Shown: positions 1 to 13,195 of the stretch, piece by piece
Layout: each line of letters begins with the position of its first letter
Position numbering within the stretch: the stretch's first letter is position 1
Assembly (NCBI GenBank): GCA_013239625.1
Contig: MU053629.1
Location: 4,925,567-4,989,566, forward strand
Direction of reading: 5' to 3'
From: Lama guanicoe
Taxonomy: Eukaryota
Length of the DNA stretch: 64,000 nucleotides
Program-made: the position numbers and the translations under genes
Notes under the pieces: generated by a model
Database searches by the model: none
Seen by the model: the letters and a program-made list of their open reading frames with translations, nothing else
Told to the model about the DNA's origin: nothing

Positions 1-468
1 GTAGGATGAATTGAGGCAGGAAGAGATGGTAGGAAATGGGAGAACTAGGTGGGCAGAAGGATACGTGCAGTTGTCAAAGCTTGGCTTCTTGGAAGCAGAA
101 ACAGAGACAAAGTGTATTGGAGATTAAGGGAGAGGAAGTAGGAAGGACAGAGGAAGAAGTGAAATTACAATGCAGCTTTGACAAAGCTTTACCCAATGGG
201 GTGGGGAATTCTGCAAGGAATAGTGCCTGGCAGCGCTATCCCGGGTCAAGTTGCAATGGCCAGGACTTTAGACCACACCCATTTCATTTGGTCTCACTAT
301 AGGGCACCTATAGGTTACCAGGGGGCGGGACCGCAGGTGGGGGTGACCTTGCAGCTGAGGTCAAATTGCTATGTGAAAAGTGACTTGATCAGTGCTCTCT
401 TCTGGGAAGGATAGCCCTAAGGCAACCTGTCAGGCGGATTCAAGGCCAAAGGTGTAAATTCATCCTTG

Positions 469-862
469 TGATGCAGGAAAAACGGGTGTGGGGCGTGAGG
501 AGGGCCGTGTCCCAGATCTCAGTGGAGCCCCTGGGACGTGCCCCGCCGAGTGTGGGTCCTTGGCTTCACACAGGAATGAATTCAAGAGTGAGCCAGTTGA
601 GTAAAGATAGATTTATCTAGAGAGATACTTACTGCACAGAGTGTAGGCTGTTTCAAAAGGCAAGAGAAAGGCCACGAAGTGTGGGGGTTGGGTGCTTAGA
701 TTAGAGTGAAAGTAGGTACACACTCCATAGACAGAGTGTGGGCCATCTCTGAAAGATGAAGGAGCGAGAGGCGGTCACTTTTTATGGGCTTGGTAGCTTC
801 ATATGCTAACAAGTGGGAGGACCATTTTAACTACCCTGGGGAAGGGGCTGGGATCCCAGGAA
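469..862 (-). mobile_element. Partial ERV solo LTR (same family as 25414-26061)
   Basis: Begins TGATGCAGGAAAAACGGGTGTGGGGCGTGAGGAGGGCC, the reverse complement of the 3' end of the LTR at 25414-26061. Confidence 0.85.
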
Positions 863-2417
863 CACACTTCTAAACAAACTTCCCACCTCCAGGACTAGTA
901 CATGGCCTCCACTCCACCCACTCCCCCAATTTTCATAACTCCATTCTTGTATATCTAATTATCCAGCCCAAGGAAAATCCTAGAGCCCTGTAACCCGAGT
1001 CTTCAATTCCACTGATTTATTTATTTATTTATTTATTCCTGTAACATCCAACAGTAGTTGACAGAATAACTACTGTGCGCTAGATGCCGGGATACAAAGA
1101 TGATGAAATAAGCATCCTTGGATCACAGAGAGTCTACCAGGACAAATAAACCAGCTATGGTAATGCATGAAGTAATGCTCAAAGACAGAAAAGCGTTACA
1201 AAGCATCAATACACAGATTCAGGAATCTTCACAACGTGCACACATCCATGTCACCAAGAACCCAAATTAAGAAACAGAACAAGATCAGCACCCCAGAAGC
1301 CCCTTTCGCTCGCCACCCTTTCCCAGGAGTCTCTAACACATTTGCAGAAGTCCTCTCTAGCTCAAAGCTGGGTCTGAAGGGGTTGAAACAGGACAGACAG
1401 CAATGGTACTTGCAAGAGATGGTGAGGCGTGACGAAGCGGGTGGTGATGGTGGAAAGGAGGGGAAGGGTCAGATGTGAAGAGTTGTGGAAATCATACAAT
1501 TGACAATATCCTCTGCAGGAATTCACAATATGCATTTACTGTGAGGCAACTGTGATCTGACCCTGAGAATTTCCAATGACTTTCCTTATAATTTAAAAGT
1601 ACCCAAGTCCTGATTAAGAATAAGCGAATGCCTCCGCCCTCAAAGTTGCATCTCAATGCACAGTGGCTTTTAAAGGAAGGGAGTGCTTTGGTCCACTTCC
1701 TGGATTGTTTAAAAACAACAACAAAAATCAAATTAGACCTTGTAATAAGAGACTGTAGGTACTTCCTGAGTGTCTTCAGCCTGGAAGAGTCTTTTTGCAG
1801 GTTGGAACTGCTCACTGAGGCACACTGGCAGAGCCATGTGGCACCGACTCAAGCTGCTTAATTTTACAAACACCCACACAGAATTATAGGTGAAAAAAAA
1901 ATTTAAGCAATAAAAAAAACCCCACAGATAATTGCTATACATGTTTCTGCAGTCTTGGCACGGTAATAACTTGCCTGTAAACACCTTCCTTGAAGAATTG
2001 GTTAATAGGATGCATAAAACATGGCAAAGGAAATCATTCATTCTACAAGGGCTTTAAAAATGGGCCATTGACTCTTCTTGTGAGGCTGTGACAATTCTAG
2101 AAAACTGGAGAGAGTAAAGTGACAACTTTTTAAAGATGTAGGGAGGAGTAGATTTCCATGTAATAGAAATGTTCCCCGACCATGGTTGTTCCATCAGCAA
2201 AATGAAGGCATTGGGTGAGACCTGTGGGTTTTCGATTTTGACCTGCAGAGGGGGATCTGTGTGCCTCTCTAGGCACCACCGGCTCCCCTACTTTAATTAG
2301 ATTTTCTCTGTTCTCATCTATTTAAACATTGAGTTTCCATGTAACCTTGTTTGAACAGGGATGTCAGAACTAAAATAGTTTGAAAACCACTGGATTGGAT
2401 GACCTCCAAGGTCCCTT

Positions 2418-3076
2418 TGAGACAGGAGAGAAGTGGGCAGGGCACACCCATGAAAAGAATGACACAGCCATTGAGGTTAGAACCAAGATGGCAGAAGATT
2501 CAACCTCCAGTAGACCTTGAGCCTCATGGCACAGCCACAGGTGCCATGACAGTTCCCAGGCTGACAGGAAAAGGCCAAAAAGTGGGCGGAGTCCCCCAAA
2601 TTCCTGGAAATCCCAGCCGCTTCCCTAAAGTAGTTGGAATAATCCTCCCACTCATTAGCATATGAAATTACCTGGCCCATAAAAACTAACCACTCCGACT
2701 CCTCGTGGCTTCTCTCCCTTCTTTTTTATTTGAAGCATAATCAGTTTACAAAGTTGTGCCCATTTCTGGTGTACAGCATAATGTTTCAGGCATACATATA
2801 CATACATATATTTGTTTTCATATTCTTTTCCATAATAGGTTACTACAAGATATTGAATAGAATTCCCTGTGCTATACAGTAAAACTTGTTGTTTATCTAT
2901 TTTATGTATAGAAGTTAGTATCTGCAAATCTCAAACTCCCAATTTATCCCTACTTGTGAGATGGACCGCAGTCTATGTATGGAGTGTATATCTCCCTGAA
3001 TAAATCTACTTCCATCGTACTATGGTTCGCTCTGGAATCTTTCCTGTGCCAGACAAGAACCTATTCAATGGTAGCA
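2418..3076 (+). mobile_element. ERV1-like solo LTR interrupted by an antisense L1 3' fragment (~2720-2950), inserted in a MIR-like remnant
   Basis: TGAGACAGGAG...AGCA termini, 4-bp TSD CCTT/TCTT, AATAAA near 2999. The flanks rejoin as gatgacctccaaggtccctt...agctctaaaattcta, which resembles a MIR3 end. Confidence 0.8.
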
Positions 3077-4629
3077 TCTTATAGCTCTAAAATTCTAGGA
3101 ATTTAGAATCCGTCTGACATATCTCTGACTTGTGAAAGATGCTAGAGGAAAACACAGTTTCTATCCATCAGCTAAGCATGAGGTGTGTGTTTGAGTCTGT
3201 GGGAGGTGAAGCAACATGTATAGTGTTAGTAACCTGATGGAGGTAGGCGTCAAGTGTTTGGGAGATGATTTTGGAAGATTGTTAGAGAAGATGGCATTTA
3301 AGCAACCTGTGAAAGAATGGGAGCTCACCAGGTACAGACAGGAGGAGGGGAGGTATTGGAGGCACAGATCTGCATGAGCGAAGTTATGGAGGCCACAAAA
3401 GTGTGCATGCTTGGCAAACTACAGGTAACTCACAATGTTCCCTGCGCACCCAGGAAGAGTGGCTAGAAGTGGCTGAGAGGCTGCTGAGGGACCAGCTGAA
3501 TAGAGTAGAGACACTCCCCTCAAACTCCCAGATCCTGTGATCTCTTCTTGGGCTGACGCTAGATTCTCCAAGAATGTGACCAACAATAGGTTGTTTAATC
3601 ATTGACGAACCACACCTTCCTGCTATTATTTTGCAACTCCACAGGGTGAAGTAAAAGAGGAATGTGTTGATAAGACAACGGGTGAGTCCACAACAAAGCC
3701 TAGGAAAGGGAGAGTCGTGCTACCTGCACGGGCAGGACTGGCCCCACACTCTCTCTGGGGAAGAGGGAGCCCATCCCAGGGATGCGACCTGCTCAGATTC
3801 TCCTTTGTGCTAAACGGATTGCTGCAAGCTGCCAGGCCAGGAGCCCTTCAGCAACCAGGACCTTGTGTTGAACTTTGAAACTGGTCCCTCTGGGAGAGGG
3901 AAGTAATTTTCCCCAAGACAGGGAAGGGACTGCGTGTTCAGGTATAGGGGGTCATGAGCAACCATTGGCACATGGTGTCCCAAACTGAAGATGGCTATGT
4001 GCTGAGCCAGGGAGGCCAGACCTAGACACTGACCCAGAAGTCTGGGTGAAAGGTCTTTGTGACCTGCTTGAATCAGAGGGGATGGAATTGTCTCACGAGT
4101 TGGGTAAAGATCATCTCAGCAGTGAGTGGCCAAGATGGACCCAGAAGAGCTTTCCCCACATTTTCTTGCTTACTGAGGCCCCCTGGGATTCTTGTATAAT
4201 TCTAGGAAAGAAGATCTTCAGTAATACGCCACTCTTTTGGAAAATGGATGCTCAAAGTCATTTTAATTTGATTGAGAAAGATAATAATGAGATGCGATGT
4301 TTCTTACATCTAAATATTGTGGTGCAAAATCTTGCCACTATTATGGCTTCTCAGTGGGTGTTAAGGCATGACCAGACCTGTATTTTGGAAAGATCTCTCT
4401 GGTAAGTGTAAGACGATGTTGAAGAGGTTCCAGAGGAGGAAGGATTGACTGCAGGGAGACCAGACAAGGAGCAATGATGGTGGTCCAGGTGAGGGAGTGA
4501 TGGAGCGAGGACAGTAGAAAAGGAGATTTGCAGTGGGATTGGGAGACATTTGGGAGGCAGGATTGACTGATCTTTGGCAGCCAATTAAAAATAATAAATG
4601 CTAAGAAGAAGTAGGTAAGGATGACCCTA

Positions 4630-4795
4630 AAGCAGTGGTTTGCACCTTGGCTGTACATCAGAATCACCTGGGAGTCTTTTAAGCCTCCCCTCCCTCAATG
4701 CCCAGGCCACACCTCAGACCAATTAAGTCTGAATCGTTGCCCCGTGGGACTCAGGCGCAGGTATTTTTGAATTCAGCTAAGGCTGGGAGCCGCTG
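4630..4795. mobile_element. MER5A-like hAT-Charlie element
   Basis: cagtggtt...ggctgtacatcagaatcacctgggag...gagccgctg; embedded in L2-like sequence (~4340-5030). Confidence 0.7.
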
Positions 4796-5246
4796 CATTC
4801 AGAGTTCCACCTTGGTAAACAGAGTGAATTGGGATGGTATTAAATGAGATAGGGAACAAATAGTTCTTTGTGGTTAGGGTGTAAAATAGGTGAAGAAGGG
4901 GGAGGAAGAGCAAGTTCAGGCGGAAAATAATGAGTTCGGTTTTGGATGTGCTGACTGTAATTAATGACCTGATGTCCCGGAGGAGACGGCTGGGAGCTGG
5001 AGCTTGATGGTGCGGGATGAAGGCTTGGAAAGGGTGGGGCAACCCTTCCTTTGAAAGAAGGATGGGTGAAATTTTAGAACAGCTTCCAGGGAGAACAGAA
5101 AGTTCTGGCTTAGAATAACAACAGGAGAAATGTATGGGTCATGTCAAGCACTAGCAATGAAGAGTTAGGTGAGATCACTCTGTATTAGCTATTATATTAA
5201 CCAGGTGTTAAACCTGTATTTGAATTTGACCAGCATTCATCTTAAT

Positions 5247-5664
5247 CAGTGCTATGCTAGAACCGGCTTGTACCAGTTTGCAAAAGTAGATGGTCAAATT
5301 TACAGGCATTTATTAAGTAGTGGTTATTACAAATTACATTGCATAAATTGGAGTATGTTAAACACATTCTATTTAAAACAGAAGTAATGAATACTTATTC
5401 AATACTTATCACTTCCTAATTATTTTACTACACGCTAGTTTTATGGAACGCTCTTGAAGTAATTTACATCTTTTGTACGTGTACTGTAGAAATACTCTAT
5501 AGCAGTATGCCGCTTCCAACTCTGTGTGTGCTGACTTCATGTTGGTAGCTTGAAATTGGCCACGAATGGAGTATTTACACCTTGAAAATTGCCAAATGCG
5601 ACGAATTAGGGCTTACCTCCCTCTCCTCCCCAACGCACACAGCACCACTTACCAGCAAATCGCT
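5247..5664. mobile_element. MER63-like hAT DNA transposon remnant
   Basis: Imperfect terminal inverted repeats cagtgctatgctagaa...taccagcaaatcgctg; body resembles the recalled MER63 consensus. Confidence 0.6.
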
Positions 5665-8600
5665 GATCTCAATACATTCCACAAGAATGTATTGACAACG
5701 ACTTAGCACCAATATGGTATTATATCCTCTGGACAAAACCAAAGACCTGTAACAATTAAATGTAGCAATAAAGTGGGGAAACCATCAGACTGCAACCTTG
5801 TAGGCCCCACTCTACCTAACCAGGAGTGTCACGATGTCCCCTCTCATCAAATTCCTCATGCAGTTTATATTTGCCACAATATTGTCTGTGTCTTAGCTTT
5901 GAATCTCTCCACTAATAGAGTAAGCCAAATTGGCAGTAGAATAAATGTGATTGGGAATTACAAATTGGGAATAGAAACCAACTTTGTGCCAACTTAAGCA
6001 AAAAGGGGATTTATTATGAGGATACAGAAGTGTCTCTTGGAATCCCAGTGAATAGCCACGTCTCAGAAAAGACCATGAAATGTTGTCAGAACTTTCTGTC
6101 TCATTTTCCATCCTCTCCCCCTTTACTTTTTTCTCACTGCATTTTGGCTTTCTTTGTTCCACAGGCCATGTGGCAGAGGTCACCACCCCCAGGTCCCGAG
6201 TTTATAAGTCCTGTCTATAAACCAGTCACACTGAACACAGAACCTCTTGGTCTTGGTTCTAAATTCCCAGGGAAGGAGCTCATTGGCTCAGCTTGTTCCA
6301 CACGCCTAGCTCTGGACTCATCAAACCTTCTTCTTCCATAAAACAAGGCTGAGGAACATATGGAAGCCAGATAGGACAAAAGCTCGACCTCTCTCTGTCC
6401 ATTTTTTCTTTTTTTTTTCCTGAGGAGGAAACACATCATTTGTACTCCGAGTCCACTGGGTGTTGTAAAAGGTGACAGCTGTCCTGACACCAGCCATCCA
6501 AAACTTTATAGAAGACCTCATTGTTCTTCCTCCAGCCTAAGATAAAACCAAGACATCACAAACCTGTGCCCCAGAGGGCATCAGGCACACAGATACACTA
6601 GCCCAAGTGGCAATTTCTAGTTGTAATGGCCCGGCTGCTTGCCATGGTGTTGTGGGTGACATTTTAATCTAGCTCTGTTTGCCGTAAGACTGAATTTCCC
6701 CCCATCATTCATCGTGAAGTGCCTGTGGCTGAGGAATCTAGTCAATATTTAGGGCACTTGTTGGTTTAGGGCTTGGCTGACTTCTTCGTTCATTAACTTC
6801 TCATTGACAAGTTCAAGCACAGAAGACAGAGCACAAATCTGTAGACGTAAGCAGAAGCCAAGGTTAAGGTGGGGAGTGGTGCACCATTTATTACCTTCCA
6901 GTATTAGACTGTAAACAGTTGAAGGCAGGGCTGTCCAGAATCTAGACTTTAGATAATCTTGACCATCTCATAGTTCCCAGCATCAGGTCTAAACATTCTA
7001 GACTCTATTTTTTTTTTTTTAAGAGGAAAAGACCTGTTCTCAGTTCCTACAATTTATGAAACGTAGACCACTCGTCAGCTCGTGGTGAGCAATGAGAATT
7101 TATGCAGTTAATTCTGTCCCCTCACTGGTCAAGGAAAGGTATGTTATGTTGACCACTTACTCAGCAAATATTTCTCAAGAGCTTTCTTAGGCGAGCCAAT
7201 GAATCCTTAAGCCCTTCTAGGAGGAACTTATGCTCTGCCTCTGGGTGGTTGGTGACTAGCTATGTTATACTTAAACTGTATTTGGATTACCAATTTTCGA
7301 GAAATTCAATTTTAGTAAGACATGCTTGGCACTGAAACTATTAGGGCCATAAATGAATCTGTCTTTGATGACCCAGAAGGCGTATTTGTCTCTTCCTTCA
7401 TTGAACAGATTTTGAAATTTTGAGTGTCTATTAAATGTGAGGCCCTGTTCTAGACCTTAGAAATACAACGAGAAACAAGACACGGCCCCATGCTCCAGGA
7501 GCTAGCTTGCTAGTTTGGCTGGAGAGGGCAGCTGCAGAGGAAGAGGCAAGGGCTGATGGGCTGGTGAATTTCAGCGCTAAAGGGGCAATGCATGCGTGGA
7601 GGGACTGCCCAGAGAAGGGCTGTGTCACCCAGACATTTGGGTGGGGTGTAGTCCAGGAAGGGCCTTCAGGGGAGGTGACACTTTTCATGGAGGCCAGATC
7701 AGTCGGAGTTTGTAAAGGGAGGGGAGCGTGGAGCAAGATGTTCCAGGAAAGGGGCTCTGCAGAGGCTGACATGCCAGAGAGCTCAGCCTCCAGGAACAGA
7801 GCTGCCCTTGAAGGTCCAGCAGGCCTCGGGGCGTGGTTATTATGTGTGAACGTCCTGATCTTACTCCTAGACCCAGACATCTGTTACAGCACATTTCATG
7901 ATCACCTTTATCTCTTGCTCACCAGGAGTCCTATGATGTAGGTGTTGCGGCTCCATTTCACAGATGAGGAGCCTGAGACCGGGCATCATCACATGGCTCA
8001 GTGAGTCTTAGGGAATCTGAGGCTGTACCAGCCTAAGCTCCTTACCCCCCAACAGCTGCCTCAGGAGAGGGGTCACCCGAAAGGGCATCTGATACACCCA
8101 TAATGCCTCTGGGGCAAAGGGGTATCAATCACTTACTCCTCAGGGGGCTGATGGAGGTATTAAGGCACTGAATTTCTGCAATTCTGAAGAGTAATAGAGG
8201 TAGTGGTGGTGGGAAGAGGGTTTTGGTAACTGACAGACCTGGCCTTCATTACCAGCTCTGCCATGCGTTAGCAGATGTATAAATGTGGGCAAGTTATTTA
8301 CTGCCTCCAGGGCCATCCCGTTGAGACTTGAAACTGAGTTCTTCCCTGCTTCACCAGCAAGAGTAGTGCCACACAGCTCCAGGGTCTCCCCCAGTGCCAA
8401 GATGGGGGCGGGCAGCAACGTGCTCCTACCAGAAACGTGGTACCACTGGACACCCATTGGCCCTGCCCACATGGTCCCTTTAGGCCCAGCAATTCTGTTA
8501 TCTTTGTGCCACAGTGGGGATTCGGGCATCTTTTGTGAGTCTGCTTATAGTCACCCCGCCTGGATGCAGCCAGTAGCCGCTCCCCACTGGGGGCTTGGTG

Positions 8601-10042
8601 CTTCCCAGGAATTAGAACCAGTGGCTCAGGGACATCCCCCACCAAGGAACTCTATTTTTGCCCCTAAACACTATCTACACCTCCAAATAGCCTTCTTCCT
8701 TTCTCTCCTTTACAAACCCTCTAATTTTCCCTCAAGCTCCTTGGGTTTGGGGAAAACAAAAACCATAAGGCTTTGCTCGCTTCTGCTTTCCGCTCTGCCT
8801 CAGACCTTTCTCAAGGTTTCGTAGTTCAGAGGTGATACTCTGTTCGAATGGGAGGAATAGAGAGGAACAAATCTAGGGGGTGGGAGGGACTGATAGAATA
8901 TTAAAATCTGAAAATATAGAAATCTAGTTACAGAGGCAAGAGATGACTGAGGCCCATGAACCACAGAAGTAGGGTGCAGATCCAGGGGATAAAGTCAAGA
9001 GATGTGTAGAAAAAGAATCACTCTTTTCTGCTAACAAATTCAACGTGGGATTCACAAATGCACCGGTCACTCACACAAAGTAATCACAAAAATCACACAA
9101 AGTTGTCATTTTAGGTTGACCTTGAGTTATCTTGCAAGGAAATTAGTTGATTCATCATCTACTGACTGCACTGAACATTGTAAAAATAAATATGTACATT
9201 TTAGATTAGGCTGGATGATGGGTACATGAGGTTTCATTGCACAATTTCGTGTAAGTTTAAAATTTTGCATACTAACATTTAAAAAATAAGTAAATAAATC
9301 CATTTTGAAAGCAACTGTTTACAATCTGTCAACTTCTATGTTACAAGAAATACCGGTGCTAGTATTTCAGACTCAATGTGAACATTTTATTCTACCAGTT
9401 AGATGTTCTCCATAACCCTTAGTTCTGACCTAATGAATTTTTAAAGCTGAAGAATGTCTCTTGCTAAAGGATGAAACATGCAGACCAAGAGGGCAAGAAA
9501 GGAGAAGAAAAAATAAAATTGTAACAAGTCATGTCTGTATTTTCTTAGAGGTGAAACTAAAGCCAAAAAGGAAAAGGAGATTATAGAAACTGAGTGTACT
9601 TGGCTGTACCCTCAACATCATAGGGTAATGGGGAGGGAAGGGGAGCCAGAGCCTGAGGGTTTGCAGCTAGGGAAAATGACCCTGCCATCAGACTAGCCCC
9701 CAGGGGAGCTGGCCGCAGTCCAGGACAGTGTCCGAAGGGACACGCAGTACTCAGAGTCAGACAGGCGGAAGCACCTCAGTTCTGGGTCATCAGTTGATTC
9801 AGAACAAAACGGCAGCCAGAAGTTGGGGGTTTAGAGAATACTGGCCAGTTCCTCAAAGGGAGAGGCTGATGGATGTGGGCAGAGTGTCCTGGTCACATGG
9901 TCCCAGGGTCAAAGCAGGAAGTACACAAACAGTAAAGACACAAGGCGGATGCCCAGCCGAGTGTGGTCGTAAGGCTCTTTCCTGTTGAAGGGAAAGCAGA
10001 CAATTCAGGTTACTTTAACCAGTTTTAAGAATGCATTGAGAA

Positions 10043-10166
10043 GGGTGGGTGTAGCTCAGTGGTACAGCACATGCTTAGCATGCAGGAGGTCCTGGGTTCA
10101 ATCCCTAGTACCACCATTAAAATAAGTAAATAACCTAATTACCTCCCCACCAAAAAATAAAAATTG
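10043..10166 (+). mobile_element. tRNA-Ala-derived SINE (camelid Vic-1-like)
   Basis: A box TAGCTCAGTGG, B box GGTTCAATCC, anticodon-arm remnant CTTAGCAT, tail aaataacctaattacctcccc; TSD AAGAATGCATTGAGAA at 10027 and 10167. Confidence 0.9.
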
Positions 10167-10319
10167 AAGAATGCATTGAGAAGGTGATGTGAGCTCTTTC
10201 AGCTTTTCTTCCCTCCTCTTACCTGGAGCTCCTGACTTCTGAATGGTTTCTGTGAGGCCATAGTGTTGGCTACCTCACGCATTTTGTCCACTGCCTTCTC
10301 TGATGGTGTCCAGGCTTCT

Positions 10320-10680
10320 GTTCCACTATCTCCTTCCCCCAGTTGTGGAATGAATTCCCAAGGAAAAGACTTCTGAGGTGGATATTTGTAAGCAGGAACT
10401 TTATTGGGAAGAACTCTCAGAATCAGCGCCTGTGAGGATTGCGAGACAAGGGAGGAGCTGGACTTCAGTGTCATCAGTACAAAGGCCTCAGCCAACCCCA
10501 GGGGGAGATCTGGAGCTGGGGTGGCCTTTCAGACATGCTTCAAACCGAGGCAATGAGGCCAGGCCTTTATACTCCTTCTAGGCTTTCGATGCTGCCTGCT
10601 CCTGAGGAAGGGGTATAATGGCTGAGGGTAAGTCTAGGAGAAGGGTGGGCTGTGAATAGCCAATAATGCCTGCGTTTCAG
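10320..10680. mobile_element. Old ERVL-type LTR remnant (LTR33-like)
   Basis: ctgaggtggatatttgtaagcaggaactttattgggaagaactctcagaatca resembles the recalled LTR33-type consensus. Confidence 0.45.
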
Positions 10681-12561
10681 TTGTAAAGGACATCACAGCG
10701 TCCCCTACATCTTCTGTCTGACTGTCCCCTAAAGAGTAGTTCTCGTGGGTCCACCGGTCACTCTGGGGTAGAGGAGAGAAGGTATCTGTCAGAGCTCTCA
10801 TGCCTGGCACCCTGCAGCCTTCCCCCATTTCCAGTCCCTAAAGATGGCCACCATTGACCGGGGCCTTTGCCTCTATCTAGTCAGATGGGGACACAGGTTG
10901 CCCAGCTTCCAGACTCAGAGCAAGAAAGCTTTCTCAGAAGTTTCCGTAAGAATGACGTCATGTGCTTCCAGTGAGATAGGCGTTCATGAGATATGTTAAC
11001 TGGTGCCCAGAGGCCCCAACAAGGTTGCAGGAGCTCATTTAACCCCAGACCCACCTGCCTGAACGAACTGTGGCTGCTAATACTCTCTCTGTGGTGGTTG
11101 GTTTTGGCCGAGAACTTGATGGCTTGAAGGTCTCCAGGGCCTAAGGACTCATTCTAACTCTGTGACTTCTTTTAAGCAAGTCATTGGCCTGATTTGTAGT
11201 CAGCTGGCAAATATTTAGCCAGCACTTATGTGCCAGGAACTCTGCATAGCTTTGGTGAGTCCCTCTCTGGGCTTCATGTTATTCTTTGTAAAATAAGGCT
11301 GTCAGAGTAGATGATCTCAAGAGATTAAAATGGTGGCCATATTTTCAGAAATAAAAATCCAAGATATGCTGTCTGCTAATGCCAGAAGATTTGATATTGA
11401 GCGTGCCCCCCAGGAAATCCAGGATGCATGACCTCATTGCACACCTATGGATGGGCTCCCCAACCCCTCCCTTTGTCTTTCCCAGACATTCCCCATAGAA
11501 TGACTTGTTCCTCAGAACCAGCGGTGGAGGCTATGCCATCTCCTGTGTTGCTAATCTTTAAAATCATTTAAGTGTTTACCCTTATTTTTTTAAATTCTTT
11601 AGAATTTACATGATCTGAGTTTAAACAGTCTTGAACACATTCCTCAAACACTCTTATTTAAACAAAGCCAAGCCATGCTGATTACACAGCCAGGTTTTTT
11701 TCCAGAGCCTGGAGACTTTATAACAGTTTTATCTTCAGGACAAGCATCCATAACCTCCTAAGTGTTTTGCATTCCAATAGTCTTTCAAAGGTTGGTGCCA
11801 GAGTCAGAATTCTCCACAGCACAGTCCACAGTAGTTCAGGCAGGTCTGGCAAGGCGGGGGCCATTAGCATCCCTGCAGTCACAGGCATACTTTCCGCCTG
11901 GTCACAGAGCCCCAGAGCTGAGATTTGGGAAGTGGAGAAGGACAAGGATTTGAGTCCCAGTCTTTGGCTTGGTGGGGAAGGGCATGGCCGTGAGCAAAAA
12001 GCCACCAGAGTAGTGAGTGCTTAGTACTGATAAGGCATTTTTCAAAGTACTGTAAGAGATATAATGGGAAGGGAAGGAAATTAAAATCTCTTACAAGTTT
12101 GTTTTATGTCAGATACTTGATACATATTGCCAATCAATCTGTAATAATGAAAACAGTGACAGGGGCTTTGACGCACTTGCTATGGTCTAGCCACAGCGCT
12201 TAATGCTGTGTTTTCTTTTATTTCATTTATTCCTTCCGCACATTTGTTTTAGTTGGAAGTGCTGGGAGCCTTCCATGGACAAAAATCCCTGCCCTGGAGG
12301 AGATTTAATTCTGGTGGAAGAGACAGGCCCGCAGATGTACAAATAAGTAAATTAAGTGGAGCATTAGAAGATGACAATTACTGTGGAAAAGATTAGGGCT
12401 GGGTTAGATGGATCAGGAGTGCCCACTGTAGGGAGGGACAGAGGGGGCTTGAATATCAGATAGATGGTCCAGCTGGTCTCCTTGGGAAAAGTAACATTTG
12501 AGTGAGATAGAAGCCATCAGGGTTTATAGTTAGTTTTGTTTTGTTAAACTGTGTGTTAAAA

Positions 12562-12896
12562 CAGGGGTTGGTAAGCTTATTCTGGAAAGGGTCAGAGAGT
12601 ACATATTTTAGCCTTTGCTGGCCAGATAATCTCTGTCACAGCTACTCAAAAAGCTAAGCTGCCACTCTGCTGTACAGACGAGTACTAAACAGTACTAAAC
12701 TCTGCTAAACAGACGAGTATAGCTGGGCTCCAATAAAACTTCATTTCTGTGCCCTGTCAGAACTTCGTATGATTTTCATGGGTCACAAAATATTATTCCT
12801 CTTTTGATTTTTTTATTTTTCCCAACCATTTGAAAACGTGAAAACCACAGCTTATGGGCTATATTTGGCCTAAGAGCCATAGTTGGCTGACCCCCG
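12562..12896. mobile_element. MER58-like hAT-Charlie element
   Basis: TIR-like ends caggggttggtaagct...agttggctgacccc; internal aagggtcagagagtacatattttagc. Confidence 0.75.
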
Positions 12897-13004
12897 AGTA
12901 ACAAGGAGTGACAGGATCTAATTGAGCTTCAGCTGGAGTGCCCTGGCTGCTGGGTTGAGAAGGGGCTGGAGGGAGAAGCAGGGAGACAAGAAGAGGCCAT
13001 TGCA

Positions 13005-13140
13005 GGGGGCAGGCATAGCTCTGTGGTAGAGCGCATGCCTAGCATGTAGCAGGTCTTGGGTTCAATCCCCAGCACCTCTAGTAAGAAAATTCATAAATAA
13101 AGAAACCCAATTACCTCCCCCTCAAAAAATAAAAAATAAA
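13005..13140 (+). mobile_element. tRNA-Ala-derived SINE followed by a ~55-bp L1 3' tail fragment (13150-13205)
   Basis: A and B boxes plus the family tail; TSD-like aagaagaggccattgca / aagaagaggatatggca. Confidence 0.85.
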
Positions 13141-13195
13141 GAGGACATGTGATACAACATTGTAAAATGACTATAACTCAATTAAAAAATGTTTT

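Noticed and set aside
7431..8824. Cluster of 115-179-aa ORFs
   Set aside because: No recognisable protein; overlapping on both strands in moderately GC-rich, partly repeat-like sequence.
10043..10115. tRNA-Ala-like sequences here and at 13005, 19079, 20985, 41307, 51366, 51566, 57406 and 60657 as tRNA genes
   Set aside because: They have mismatched stems and mostly share an A-rich tail, and several have TSDs. They are SINEs.
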